NCBI RefSeq assembly: GCF_000372725.1
Contig: NW_005201338.1
Location: 290,041 to 354,040, forward strand
Length of the DNA: 64,000 nt
DNA from: Emiliania huxleyi CCMP1516
Taxonomy: Eukaryota
Direction of reading: 5' to 3'
Within the stretch, counting starts at the first letter, position 1, and every line of letters starts with the position of its first letter. The position numbers were made by a program, and so were the translations under genes. Positions 42,177 through 54,219 of the stretch are shown one piece after another. Under the pieces are notes generated by a model that saw only the letters and a list, made by a program, of their open reading frames with translations, did not search any database and was not told the origin of the DNA.

Positions 42177-44010
42177 CGGCAGCAGTAGCAGCAGGGCGGG
42201 GCCGTCTGCCGAGGACGTTTTGTGCGAGGTCATGCCCGCACCAGTCACCGGCGGGGTTTGCCGAGCGGTGTTGCGGCGTGCCGCGCCGGTCGCTCCAGCG
42301 CGGCCTCCACTGCACGGGGGACGGGGGCCTGTCTACGAGTCACCCCCGGTCATCAAGCCTTGAGTGAACCTCTCGCGTTTCCCTCGGAGTGGGCGGTGGG
42401 TATTTTCTGCACACTCTGCAAACATCGGGCCCCTGGGGTAGGGGCCCCACAGCGCCCCAAAACCCACCAGTGTGTGCTGTGTGGAGTGTGGGATTTCGCG
42501 CAATCGCTTGACGACTTGACTCTGAAAAGCTCGCATATTCTTCGAGGTTCACCTCGGAAGCCCTGATAAATGAAAAACGCGTGCCGTGCCGCGCCGAGAC
42601 CGCAACTCGAGCGAGCCCAAACAGGGCCGTGCCGCTCCTCTCCACCGTGATGCTCCTCGCCATCATCGTCACCACGACGTGTCAGCTGCGGACGCAGCGG
42701 GCGTCGCCCGCGACATGCGCACGTAGCCCGACAACACTCAAACGCTCTGCAAGCCGCGGGCGGCTCCAACTGTCAATGTCGTCTCGCATTACCGGTACGC
42801 GGGCCTGGCTGCTCTCTCTCTCCCCCCACTCCCCATCGAGACTGAGCCCCCGGTGAGCACGGGCTGCGGCGCGACCCTTGCCGTCCCCGCACGCAGGTCA
42901 CCATGGCTGCATCAGAGCTGCTTTGTCGTGCGCACTCGAGCAGCGCTGCGACGCTTTCTTAATGCCCGCAACCCACTGTAAAGGGCACCTATACCACCCA
43001 AGACAGCTTGGAGAGCTCCCGGTAACGCAACATTTCGTAACGATGGTCGCTAAACGACAGCTATTGGCCATCTGCCTCCTGCAGCCTCTGTTGGGGCGGA
43101 ATGCGCGGGGTTTTCGGCGCGATGCCTCCGGCTAGTACACGGTACTGCTCTGCCGCAAACTCTCCTGCGCTCGCGTGACGTGTGGGGCGCGTGCACTGCG
43201 CTCGAAAGTCGCGATTTGGCAATAGGCGCTCGAGCCGGCGCGCAGTGGAGGGGGCGCCGCGCAGGGGGATCGGGGGGGGCGAGAGGGGGCGTGGGTCGGG
43301 CGCGCACCGGCCGGCTCCGAGAGCGGCCGTCACGTCGAAGAGGGGGGCTGGTGCTGCTCGAATGACGAGGCGTGCCGCTCTGCTGCGCCGCCGATAGCCC
43401 CTCTTCCGAGCCGGCGCGTGGCGGCGAGCCGCGGCCAGTATCGCTGGTGCGGTGGAGGCGGCAGCTTGCATCGGCCGGCAGCGGGTGCGGCCATCACGTC
43501 GATGAGGGGGGGTTGTCGGCGATTCGTGTGGCTCGAGGCCTACGCTGCGCCGCCCAAGCCCTACTGCCGATCCAGCGCCTGTCGTTTGGGGCGAGCCGCG
43601 GACGTCGTCGCTGATGGTATATGGCGGCGGCGGCGGCGGCTCGCCCTTCCCTCCGGCCGCAATTCCGATCCCGCCGCGCTCGCGGGAGGTGGCGCGCCCA
43701 CCGCGGCACGGCCGTGGCTGCGCATACACCTTACGCCCTTTCTCCTCAACGGCTATCCGTGCTTGCTGTGCCCCTGCGTGGTGTGTTTCAAGTTCTTACA
43801 ACCCAAGGTGATAGAGGGCAAAAAGATCGATTGCGCTCTTGCCGATCCGCACCTACCTAGGCTCTTGGGTGGCACTTGGAGCACTTGGAGTGCAGTCGGT
43901 AACCTCACATCCAGGGCCGGTGAGCTGAGAAGCGCATCCAGCGAGTGGCGCGCCCCAGCTCTTCACAACGGACCTGGTTTCTGGGATCTCGGCTTCAACA
44001 ACCGAGCTCG

Positions 44011-45534
44011 ATGCTGGACCCACCGCAGTCCCGCCAACTCCCGTCGACGGTCCAACTGTTCGTGCTCGGCGTGATCGCCTTCCTCGCGCTCGGCGCAACA
44101 TCGCCCTCCTCGCTCCTCGTCGACGAGAGGAGCAGCGTTCGCCACCCAGTGGTGGTCGTGGGCCCACTCATAGGACAGACGCTGCAAGTCAACGATGCGC
44201 GATGGCTCAACCCGTGCAGTCCGTGGACGCCAACGTGGACGACGGCGTGGGTGAACTTGGACAAGCTGGCCGCAGTTTGTGCGTTTCACAGTTCCCACGC
44301 GCAGCTGGGACTCACCTTTGACCCGACGACGAACCGCACCAAGTCTCCGGAGCATGTCCAGGTGAGGGTTGCCGAGGGTTGGGATGGCTTGACGGTTTAC
44401 GGGTTTGAGTTGTACGGCAACCTAACCCAACGGCTGGAATCCGAAGGGTTTGTCAGAGACGTCGATATCCTCCCGATGGGCTACGACTGGCGGCTATCCG
44501 TAGCCGACTGGGAGCAAGAAGCCTTCCCTCGCTTCTTCAGGACAATCTCAGACGCGGTGTCGAAGAATGGTCAGCCGGTTGTGCTGACTGGCGTTTCGAT
44601 GGCGGCTCCGTTCACGCACGCGTTCCTGAGATGGGCAAACGCAAAGCGCGGGGGCAAGAGTTGGGTGCAAAAGAACGTGCACGCCTTCGTGCCGGTCGCA
44701 GGCCCCTTCAATGGCGCAGTTAATGCCCTTTCCGCACTGATGGGCGGCGTCGCCTTTGCCTACACGCCGCCGGGCCAGGCAGGCGCTACCAAGTTCACGT
44801 GCCCCTTGTGCGACCCACCTATGGCCGAGCAGGTGAGCGAGGAACACTTTGTGATAAAAGTCGTGGACGGGTTTGGGGCTGTACTGAAGGAGCTGCTCAT
44901 GGATTGGCTCCTCACGGACATCACGCGGCTCCTCCGCGAGTTTCCATCCTTGTACTGGATGTCGCCGGGCGTGGACGACTCCATACCCAACAGAAGCTAC
45001 GTCACGCTCCAACATGGGCCATGGGCGCAGCCAGAAGAGATCAAGGCTTCCGGCCTGCCATCTCTGTTCAGGAGGCTGCTCATGGACGACGAGGCGGAGC
45101 GGATGAAATATGCCTTGTCCGTCGGGTCGACCGAAGATCCTGGTGTCCCGACGCACTGCATTTACAGCCATAACGTGCGCACGTTTTCCCACCTCACTTT
45201 CCCCGCAGGGGGGGTCTTCGCAGACATCGGAGCTTCGGTCGAAATCGGAGATGGCGACGGGACGGTCCATTCTGACAGTCTGTCCGTCTGCGAGCGTTGG
45301 AAGAGCACTGTCAAGGTCTACAAACTGCCAGGTGTGCATCACGGATCTGAGGTGATCATCGGGCAAGTCCATGATGTCATTGTGGGTGTAGCCAAGGGTG
45401 ATGACGCAGCGCTCGACGCGTGGACGTCACCAGCTTTTGTGGACTTGGATGTGCCGCGAGACGGAATGACCAATGCGACTATCCTGGATGAGTGGCAGGC
45501 CAATCTGGTCGTGGCGCTCAAAGAGGACGCCTAG
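44011..45534 (+). CDS. LCAT/PLA2G15-family acyltransferase/phospholipase
   Basis: N-terminal hydrophobic anchor, PMGYDWRL, VVLTGVSMA elbow, PTHCIYS, GDGDGTV, GVHH. Confidence 0.85.
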   Translation: MLDPPQSRQLPSTVQLFVLGVIAFLALGATSPSSLLVDERSSVRHPVVVVGPLIGQTLQVNDARWLNPCSPWTPTWTTAWVNLDKLAAVCAFHSSHAQLGLTFDPTTNRTKSPEHVQVRVAEGWDGLTVYGFELYGNLTQRLESEGFVRDVDILPMGYDWRLSVADWEQEAFPRFFRTISDAVSKNGQPVVLTGVSMAAPFTHAFLRWANAKRGGKSWVQKNVHAFVPVAGPFNGAVNALSALMGGVAFAYTPPGQAGATKFTCPLCDPPMAEQVSEEHFVIKVVDGFGAVLKELLMDWLLTDITRLLREFPSLYWMSPGVDDSIPNRSYVTLQHGPWAQPEEIKASGLPSLFRRLLMDDEAERMKYALSVGSTEDPGVPTHCIYSHNVRTFSHLTFPAGGVFADIGASVEIGDGDGTVHSDSLSVCERWKSTVKVYKLPGVHHGSEVIIGQVHDVIVGVAKGDDAALDAWTSPAFVDLDVPRDGMTNATILDEWQANLVVALKEDA

Positions 45535-46062
45535 CAGTCCCACCCCAGATAACCCAAGACCAATCCGCCGCCCCGCCGGATCCGCCGCCGTCGGTGTCGG
45601 CGCTCCTCCGAGATCTCGCCTTCGTCGCCGTGACATCCGCATGCTGCTGACACCGCCGCCCGTACTCTCTTCTCTCTCCTACCCTTTGGCCAGGCGGGGG
45701 CGTGCATTCGCTCTCCACTAGTTGGCCGTGGCGGTGGCCGCGCGTACTCTCGCGTTCTCGGCTCCCACGCTCTGCCATGTGCGCGTCGTGGACTCTCGGC
45801 CTGTCTGGTCTGGTCTCTCTCCTGGGCACTGGGCTCTGCTTCTGGTCTGCAGATCTGCCGCGGTCTGCGCGCGCACATGCATGTCACAGAGCGCGCGTGC
45901 CTGTGCCTTTTTTGGTGTTATCTAGCACAGCGCGTTACGAGAAATATGCTACCATGTGTTGGTGGTGATGCCTGAATGGTGTGTGTACTTTTTATTTGAA
46001 AACGACAGAGGAGCCCCGCACCGGCCGCATTATCAGTGCAAGGCCCAGTGCGCGTGGGTGAC

Positions 46063-46520
46063 ATCGAAGGCCATGCCGACGGCGGATTTGCTGTCGCAGT
46101 TGATGATGCTGGCGCCGTCGATGGAAAATCCAAGGTCGATCAGTAGCTCACGGATGAAAATCACCTCCTTGGCGGCTAGCATGGCGCCGAAGAATTCTGC
46201 CTCGGCGCTAGATAGTGTGACGGAACGCTGCATTTTGGAGAACCAGTGGAATAGGCATCCGTAGAAGAAGAACATGCCACCGGAGCAAGAGAATCTCGTC
46301 GCCCAGTTCGAATCGACGTAGCTTTCAAGGTTGCGGTCGGGGTTCGGCTGCATGACGAGGGCGCGGTCAGCTGTGTCGCGCACGTAGATTAGCACCCGAA
46401 TGGCGGCTTTAAAATGCGACGGGCCTGGGTTGGTCATAAAGCGAGCGAGCTGAGATGCGGAATAAGCGATGTCGACGCGCGTCATGTTGGCAAGCCACAG
46501 TAGTCCGCCGACGATGGCAC
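46063..46520 (-). mobile_element. Ty1/copia RT C-terminus and RNase H fragment
   Basis: VGGLLWLANMTRVDIAYS...YVDSNWA...WFSKMQRSVTLSSAEAEF...CDSKSA. Confidence 0.92.
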
Positions 46521-47145
46521 CCTCCACATGTTGAGTGCGTTGATGACCGTTGAGCGTTGTGGCTTGCCCGTTGTTGCTTGGTCGGTTGGTGGGGCGCCGC
46601 ACACGGACCCGGCCTGCGCCTGGCGCCTGCGGCCTGGCGCCGGCCTCCCCGGGAACCCCGCCGAAAGTGCGCGTTTGCCCGGACAAGAGACGAGCGGCTT
46701 CTTCGGGCCAGACTATGTTCACAACGGTGGGAGGCCAACCTCCTGTCTGCTCATAGCCGCAGCCACTCCCAGCTGCTCGGTGTGAACAGAGTTCGTACAC
46801 CGAGCAGCAGGGAGCAAGACCGAGGCCCTCGCGCCTCGGTGTTCACAGCGGAGTGGCTGGGGCTTACCAGACAGGCCAACCTCTAGCCATGCGAACCAAA
46901 AAGACAAAAAATATACATCCAAAGGCGGGTGCTGTCGACTAAGGGACAATCTTGTCTTTCCACTTTCGGCCCGCAGCCGAACTTGTCATGGGACACCACG
47001 CTCGGAATCCAACAGCGTACTCCTTGGGTAATAATTAATTTTTTTTGAGCTAGCCTTCGATGTTATGAAAACCACGGCCGCCGACTTTTTTCTTTTTGGA
47101 CTGGCCGGCCACTCATGGTGGTGAACTAGAACGCCACCCTTGAGG

Positions 47146-48330
47146 ATGCCATCCAACCTGCTCGACGGCGCCTCCTCCTCTTCCGACTCGGAGGAGGATG
47201 TCTCGCCCCCGCCTCGCCACTCTTTGCAGCACACTTTGCCCACCAATCACTCCAATCAGCCTGGCGGGCCTCCGCCGCCGCCGCTGCGCCCGGCGGGCGC
47301 AGCGGCGTCACTACCGCTGCGAGTGCCGCCTCTCGCGAACATCGTCATCATGCCGGTTCGGCGTTATACGGCGACCGCCGACGGCGCCCGCTTCCTCGAG
47401 GGCGAGGGCGTTCTGCACCTCACGGGTGGTGTGCTGCGGCACGTCTGCTGCCCGTCCTCGTCGTACGACTCCACGCCGCGCCTCGGCCGCCTGCGCCAGG
47501 CGAGCGGCAAGGCAGAGAGCCCTCGCGAAGACGCCCCAGCGCCCCCCCCCCGCACCCTGCCGCGCGCGCGCGCAGTGCCCCTGCCGCGCCACCACAAGCG
47601 CCGGCGCCCGCGCACCTCCTTGCCGCAGCGGGTGATCATACACGTACATGCATGTGCCCTCCCCCCAGACTCCGGACGCCACGCACCTCGACCTGCCGCC
47701 TCCTCGTCCGTCGCAGGTGAAGCGTGAGCTCGAGGAGCTGCTCGCGGGACGCGCCGCGGGCGCGGGGGACGGCGTCAGCTGCAACAACAACGGGAGCGAC
47801 TGCTGCGACCCCGGAGACGGCGTCGGTGAGTGCAGCGCTTGCGGCGTCGGCTGCGCGGTCGCGGGTGGGGGCGCGGGCGGAGGCGCCGGCGGAGGCGCCG
47901 GCGGGGGCGCGGGCGGCGCGAGCAGCGGCGCGCTCGGCGGCGGCGGAGCCGACGCGGACGAGATGCCCGAGGTGTGGACGGTCGACGTGGGCGCGGGCGG
48001 CGTCTCGATTTGGCTTGTCCGCGCGCCCGACGAGCTTGCGTTTCGGCGCGCGCCGCCGTCGACCGAGCCGACGACGCTGCTCGTGCTCCCGGCGTCGACC
48101 GATTGCGAGCGCGACGCGGCGGCGCGCCTCGCCGCCACGCTCGGCGTCTGGTCGGACTCGGCTTCGCTCGAAGAAGACGCGCCGCGGCTGGCGCTTCTCG
48201 CGGCGACCGCGATCCTGCACTCGGGCGCGCTGACCGCGCGAGGCTTGCGAGGGCGCGCGACCCCCCCCATCGGCTCCTTTTGCGACCATCGGCCAGATTA
48301 CGGACGATTGGCGGGCCGTTCCTCTCGCGT
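47146..48330 (+). CDS. Hypothetical intron-containing gene
   Basis: Protein-like ORF pieces 47146-~47530 and after the cag|gtg acceptor near 47717; 3' end uncertain. Confidence 0.4.
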
Positions 48331-48367
48331 GCCGCGCCACGGCCCGCTCCCGCTCCCGGTATCAGCC

Positions 48368-48824
48368 ATGAAGACGGATACCTCCGACCCGGCAAAGCTG
48401 CAGGCCAGAATTAAGGAGTTGGAAGCCCAAGTGAAGGAGCTCGAGAAGGGCCGCATGAGCTTCGAGCCAGGCATGCTCGCTCTCTCGCGCATGTCAACCT
48501 ACGATGCACGCATGTGCGCGCTGCATGCGCACACACACACATACAATGCAGATCGCAGCGCGCGCTCAATGGACCCGCTTGCCCATCACCTGTTCCCTCG
48601 TTCGCCTCCAGTCGGCTCCTCCCGCAGCACCAGCACCGAGACTGCATCACCGCCAAATTGCCTGGTCCGCAGGTCACAGCGGAAGAGCGCTGTCGATGGC
48701 GTCCCACATGTGGCCCTACGTCCACCAACGCCGCCTGTATGTCCCTGATCACCACGATGGTCGGCTCGGGCGTGCTCGGCTTCCCGGCCCTCTTTGCCAA
48801 GGGGGGCTGGTGTATCACGGGCCC
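48368..48824 (+). CDS. 5' part of an amino-acid transporter (AAAP/Aa_trans), cut by the gap
   Basis: ACMSLITTMVGSGVLGFPALFAKGGW matches the TM1 motif; upstream short exons from ATG 48368. Confidence 0.7.
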
Positions 48825-48924
48825 NNNNNNNNNNNNNNNNNNNNNNNNNNNNNNNNNNNNNNNNNNNNNNNNNNNNNNNNNNNNNNNNNNNNNNNNNNNN
48901 NNNNNNNNNNNNNNNNNNNNNNNN

Positions 48925-49900
48925 GCTCCCTCGAGGCGGCCATCAAGGGGGTCTCGACGGTCCCCCGGGCGGTGAAGACCCGAGGGCCCCTCCAGATTGC
49001 GCGCGCCCTTTTCTCACCGTGGGCACCCCCCCCCCCCCTCCCCCGATCCCAACCCTCCACCGCCAACCCCTCACCCTCCCACCCCTTCCCACCCCTTCCC
49101 ACCCCTTCCCACCCCCGCGCTCCCCACCCCTCCCTCTTCCAACCCCAACGAGCGGCGCCCTCCCCCCCCCCCACCCCCCCCCTCTCCTCAGGGAATCACC
49201 GCCAACGTCTCGCTCGGCGTCGGCGTCGCAGCCTCGCGCGCAGGGGCCGCCGCCGCCGAACGGCTCGGCCACAACTTTGAGGGCACGCAGACGCGACTGG
49301 GCGCGGCGATCCGCGCCATCGGCGCGCGCTTCCCCTTCCTTTCCCCCCTCACCGCCGTCCCCACCCCCTTCCGGCCCGCCCCCTGCCCCATCGCCCTCCT
49401 GCCCACGCTGCCTGAGCCGTCGCATGCCGCCCCTGCAGGGGGCGCCTCTGTCGCAGCCACGCGCGAGGTGTTTGACGCGCTCGGCCAGTCGGGCTCGCAG
49501 GTCCGCCTCACCCCCCCCGATGGTAGGACGAGATAGCAGCCGCGCTTGAGGCGCCGCGAGCCCGACTGTGCAGGTCTGCTCGTCGACGGCGGCTGTCGCC
49601 TCTGGCGCTGTCAGCCACCGGTTCGGAGAGGACGCCGGACGGGTCACCTCCTCGGCCTTGTGCGCCGTCGGCTCCACCGTCGGCGCGGTGCACAACGTGG
49701 CTTCGCTCGGCCGGCGCGGCCTCGTGACCAACGTCACAAAGTGCGCCGCCACCGGCGTCGCAAAGACGGTGGCGGCGGACGACGCGTGGGAGGAGTGGCC
49801 GGCACGGCGGCCGGTGCCGATGCTGCTCTCGAACCACAGCGAAGGCGACTTCCTGCTCGTCTCCTCCGCCGCGCGCCCTCCCTCGCGGCATACGGCGTGA
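48925..49900 (+). CDS. 3' part of a senescence/spartin-domain protein
   Basis: STAAVASGAVSHRFGEDAGRVTSSAL.AVG...HNVASLG resembles the Senescence domain C-terminus; intron-split. Confidence 0.6.
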
Positions 49901-49982
49901 CGATGCTTTGCGCTGGTCGCCGGCCGCAGCAGAGTGCGTGGATAGCCACGACGGCGGCTGGCAACTCGAGCGAGCGCCGAGG

Positions 49983-50220
49983 CGCGGTGTACCAGTTGCG
50001 GACTTGTGTCGCCGAGGTGGTCCCCTGGGAGGGGAGATACGACGAGAGAGGGGTAGCCAAGTTAGTGGACGAAGTGGAAGCTTGCGTGTCGGTCCTCGTT
50101 GAAGTCTTGAGAGTTGTATGAGTCGGTCTGTCTTTCTGTGCGCCCGTTCTGATCCCAGGAGCTCTGTGTCTCTGTCGATCTCTGTGAGCCTTTCTTTTTC
50201 CAGCCGCCTCTATCGCAGCG
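49983..50220 (+). repeat. ~235-bp dispersed direct repeat
   Basis: Second copy at 59897-60135. Confidence 0.9.
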
Positions 50221-50511
50221 CACTCGCCATCCATCTATGAGCCTATATTATAGACAGCTCTAGCCCTGAAGCCGTACATGTACTACCCGACCATTCGATG
50301 TTGTGCGTGGGAAGACAAAGAAATCAGTTCCCGTCAGCGGGACACAGTGAGGGGTCGCAGTGTTTGTTGGCCACCATCCCGGATCCCGCCCATTATGCTC
50401 ACAACGTGTGTGCATGCACATACATGCACATGCACATGCACATGCTACATGCTTTGTCCTAGCATACTCTGATTTCAGCCCCGCCGGATGACATGAGTGC
50501 AAGCTATAGCG

Positions 50512-52266
50512 TCAGAGCGCGGGGAGTCGTGTCTGATAAAGCTGCCGAGAGGCTACGTGGGCAATGAGGACGGCCGCAAAGAAGGGAAGGGCGCCGTTAA
50601 GAATCGCAAAGGCAGGCATCCGCTCGTCGCCCATTCGGACGCGGAAGATCGAGTCGCCGCACGTAGCTGCGCAGACAGAGTAGGCCGCTGCGCGTAGCTT
50701 ACATTTGCAAGAGAGAGTGGAGGGCGAGAAGGCTCCGAAGGTGGCGCCGCCCGCTACAAAGAGCGCGACCATGCCAAGCCTTGCGTCCTCCAGCTTGTCG
50801 AGCTCATCAATCAGCGCTGCCGGCGAGCGGACGAGGACGTCGACGACACGCAGCGTCGGGGCACTCACGACCAGCAGCATCACCGCGCGCGCGACAATGC
50901 GAGGCGAGGCTTGTGCCATGTAGGCGACGTCAATCACGGCCAGCCCCGCGGCCGCGAACAGGATGAGCGGGACGGTGTAGAGCTCGGCCAGGAAGGCGAC
51001 GCACACCACCACGACGGCGAGCGTGACCTGGATCGGTGCTATCACGCCCTGGTGCGCCGCGAAGAGCAGCGGCGCCGGCGTGGCCGGTGGCGAGGGCGGC
51101 ACGGAGGCGGAGGGGTCGCTCATCAGCGCCATCAATTCGTCGCCAGAGAAGACGTCCACGGCGACTTGCGCTAGATGTACGTGAGGCGCCGCGCCCTCGA
51201 AATCACCTCCGCCGCCGGCCTGCTCTTGACGGTGCTCGAGGAGCGGCAAGGGCAGCGGGGAGCCAGCCTGCAGCTCGCCCGGCGTGTTCATCGGCGCCGT
51301 CTCCGTGCTCGAGGCGAGCCGTGCCACGCCCTCACTCCGCATGAGGGGCACGAGGGTGCGGTTGGAGACCTTAAACTTGACGAAGAGTGCGCCGCCCTCG
51401 CCCTCGTGCAGATACTCGTCTGGGACCGGCGAGGTCGAGACGGAGGGCGCGATCTCGACCTGCTTTTGCTCGCAGAGGAGGGACGGCTTGCGGGCAGGAA
51501 GGCTGTTCAGCCAGGCCGGGTGCTCCTTCCTGCGTGGGTTGGGGGAGGGTGTGTGTGGGGGGGGGGGGGGTGAAATGCGGGCGCCACACCGCTGTACCTG
51601 CAATGGGAACGCACGCTATCGGTCGACGCGTAGTCCTTGCCGCACCCGACGAAGCGGCAGACGAACCGAGAGACATAGCGCGGCGCCTACTTGCAGAGGA
51701 GCGCGACTGTCCAGTGCAGCCACTCTCGGCGCGAGAACTGGCCCCATGCTATCCGCGAACGCCGAGCCCACCCCCGAACCCGTTGGCCCAATCAACGCCG
51801 CCGGATCCGCCGCCGCCGCCGCCGGATCCGCCTCCGCAGCTGCGGAATGCGGCAGAGGCGGGCCGACGCCCGCAAAAACGGCGGAGCTCTGCTCGCCCTC
51901 CTCGACGAGTTGGCTCAAGAGCTGTAGGTCCACGAGTACCTCCTCTTGCCCCTCCCGCTCTCGCTTGCGAGCAGTTGGTTCGGCGGCGGCGGCATCGGCG
52001 GCATCGGCGGCATCGGCGGCATCGGCGGCGGGCGGCGGCGGCGGCGGCGCCAGTGCCAGGATCGCCATTGGCGCTCCGACGTGTTTTTTCATGTTGGACC
52101 GCTTGGTGTTGTTGGCGAGGCGAAAGGCCTTGCCATGAAACGCGCCCTCGCACACGCTCCACACGCCGCTCGTCTTGACCATGCGCAGGCTGTCCGCCGT
52201 GTCTTGGTTCAGCATTCGGACGCGGTCGCACGGGATAGCGAGCTCAGCTCGGCAGCGGCTGCACAT
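50512..52266 (-). CDS. Hypothetical membrane protein, intron-containing
   Basis: ORFs 51616-52266 and 50512-51603; several hydrophobic helices at the C-terminus; 5' end uncertain. Confidence 0.5.
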
Positions 52267-52604
52267 CTAAAGAGAAAAAGAGACGGCTGAGGCGAGGCGT
52301 GGAGTGGGTATGCAGCGACCGCATGGGAGCGCTGTTGCCTTGCTCGCAAGATGCCCCGCTACTTGAGACGCAGCGTGGGGCGTCGAGGCGTCCACCGCCG
52401 AGGTGACCGGCGCTGCGCAGCGCGACCGCGTCCCCGAGAGCTCAGCGCCCCAGCAAACACGAGTGTCTTCCATTGGCGTGCGTCTTTGACGAAGAGCGCA
52501 TCAGCGTCTCTGGTGGAAAAGAATTCTTGAAAATCCAAGCCTCTCTCACAGCACACTGGCACGACAAGGGCGCGGACTGGCGCGGACTGGCACACACACC
52601 GGCT

Positions 52605-53600
52605 CACCACCGGAGCCGCCTAAGCGACTCCGTTAAGAACGGCAATGCACTCCGCACCATGCACAATGCCGCTCTCCCCGCACGCTAGCTCGTTCACCGT
52701 CTGCCACGCCACGGCGGTGTGGAGGACGACAGACAAGCTTACGTACGAGGTAGGCTTGGCTGCAAAGGGGATATTACCAATAACCAAGGCCTCGCGTGTG
52801 ACTTTGCACGTAACCTAGCCAAGCACGGGATAGCGACATGGTCGGACGTGTCAGAATGGGGGTATGGGGCACCGGGGAAGTGTTGACGTGGCCGCAAGTG
52901 AAGCGAGTCTATGGCCTCAAAGACAGCACGACGGAACATAGCGAATACAAGAGGCTGGCGGAGCAGCTGGAGCGACCAGAGTGGGCACAGCTGCGACAAT
53001 ACTGGAAGTGGGCGGTTATAGAAGAGCGCGCACACGGACAGAAGATGGGACGGAGGGCGCCCGATAGGGTGCTGAAGGTGAAGGCGGCAAGGAAGGCGCC
53101 GACCTGCTATGGGGGAGGCATGGGGGAGGACGAACACGGATGGGAGTACCTCTGCGAATGGGAAGGCGAGCGGAGCGACAGTTGGGTGTGGCACGATAAG
53201 ATGGAGAGCGTAGGATTTGTCGGTAATCTCGCTAACACATGGGAGCGGGAGCTAATGCACGCGCAAGGCGTGAGACGGCAAGCGGCGTCCTTCCGAGAGC
53301 GGCTAGAACACCGCAGAAGACTAGGTAGTTCGGGGCCGGAGGCAGAGCGCAAGCGGACAGAGCACTAGAGACGTGCAATGGAAAGAGTAATGCTCCGTCG
53401 TGGAGCGACGTGCTCGATCGATTCATTGAATACAGCAGGGAGGCAAACGGGGTGTGCACGAGCGGACCCAACATGACAGAACACACGTTCGAAGAAGGGC
53501 GAACCAGGAGACGGACATCCGAGTGGAGAGGAAGGCCAGGACGCTCTACCTCGGAGGGAAGAAACCGGCGCTCCTCGCGCGTCATCATTCTCTGTTCCTA
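52605..53600 (+). mobile_element. Degenerate LINE fragment with chromodomain-like segment
   Basis: LAKHGIATWSDV..GEVLTWPQVKRVYGL..EYKRL (L1/Tx1-like post-RT) then VLKVKAARK...WEYLCEWEG...DSWV. Confidence 0.55.
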
Positions 53601-53702
53601 ATAGACTCTCACAAACAAGCGGCGACGCAGCAATGCAGCAGACCGAGAGGGCACAGACTCGACGGGAGATAGCTCCTGCCTCGCTCTCTCTCTCTCTCTC
53701 TC

Positions 53703-54120
53703 TCACCATGTACGCGTCGACGAGTCCCACGGGTCGGCGTGGAGCTTGCGGTTGCGCTCGTTCTTGTACGCGTTGAACGCGCCCTTCTTGAAGCGCGCCT
53801 CTCCGCCGTTGTCGAGCTGCACCGCGGTCTCGTTCTCGAGCACGTCCGTGTCCTCAAAGTCGCCCGCGCGGTTGGCCTGGTCCTTGACAGACGTGTCGAA
53901 GGTCGCGTTGTAGACCTGCTGGTCGATATGGTCCACGGCTCGCGCGTGATCGGCTTGATCGCCTTCAGGTACGCGGGCGGGTTCTTGTGCGGCGACGGGT
54001 CCCAGTTCGCCTCCAGGTACCGCTCCTCCTCGAACGAGCCCTTGCCCCAGCCGACGCCCATCCGCAGCAGCTCCTGCTCGACCTCCTCCTCGTCCGTCGA
54101 GAACTTGGTCGGGTCCTGAA
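53703..54120 (-). pseudogene. Frameshifted coding fragment, unknown family
   Basis: Protein-like DPTKF...AIKP switches frame to DHIDQQVYN...LHADPWDSSTRTW. Confidence 0.35.
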
Positions 54121-54219
54121 AACAACTTTCGATGAAACTTATACACTTATGAAACGGGGCATGATGTGCCTGTAAAAGCGGCGCACTCACACTAGCAAAA
54201 CACCTCTCTCCACAGTACC

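Noticed and set aside
48368..49900. Apparent transporter-senescence domain fusion
   Set aside because: The parts are separated by an N gap of unknown true size; likely two genes
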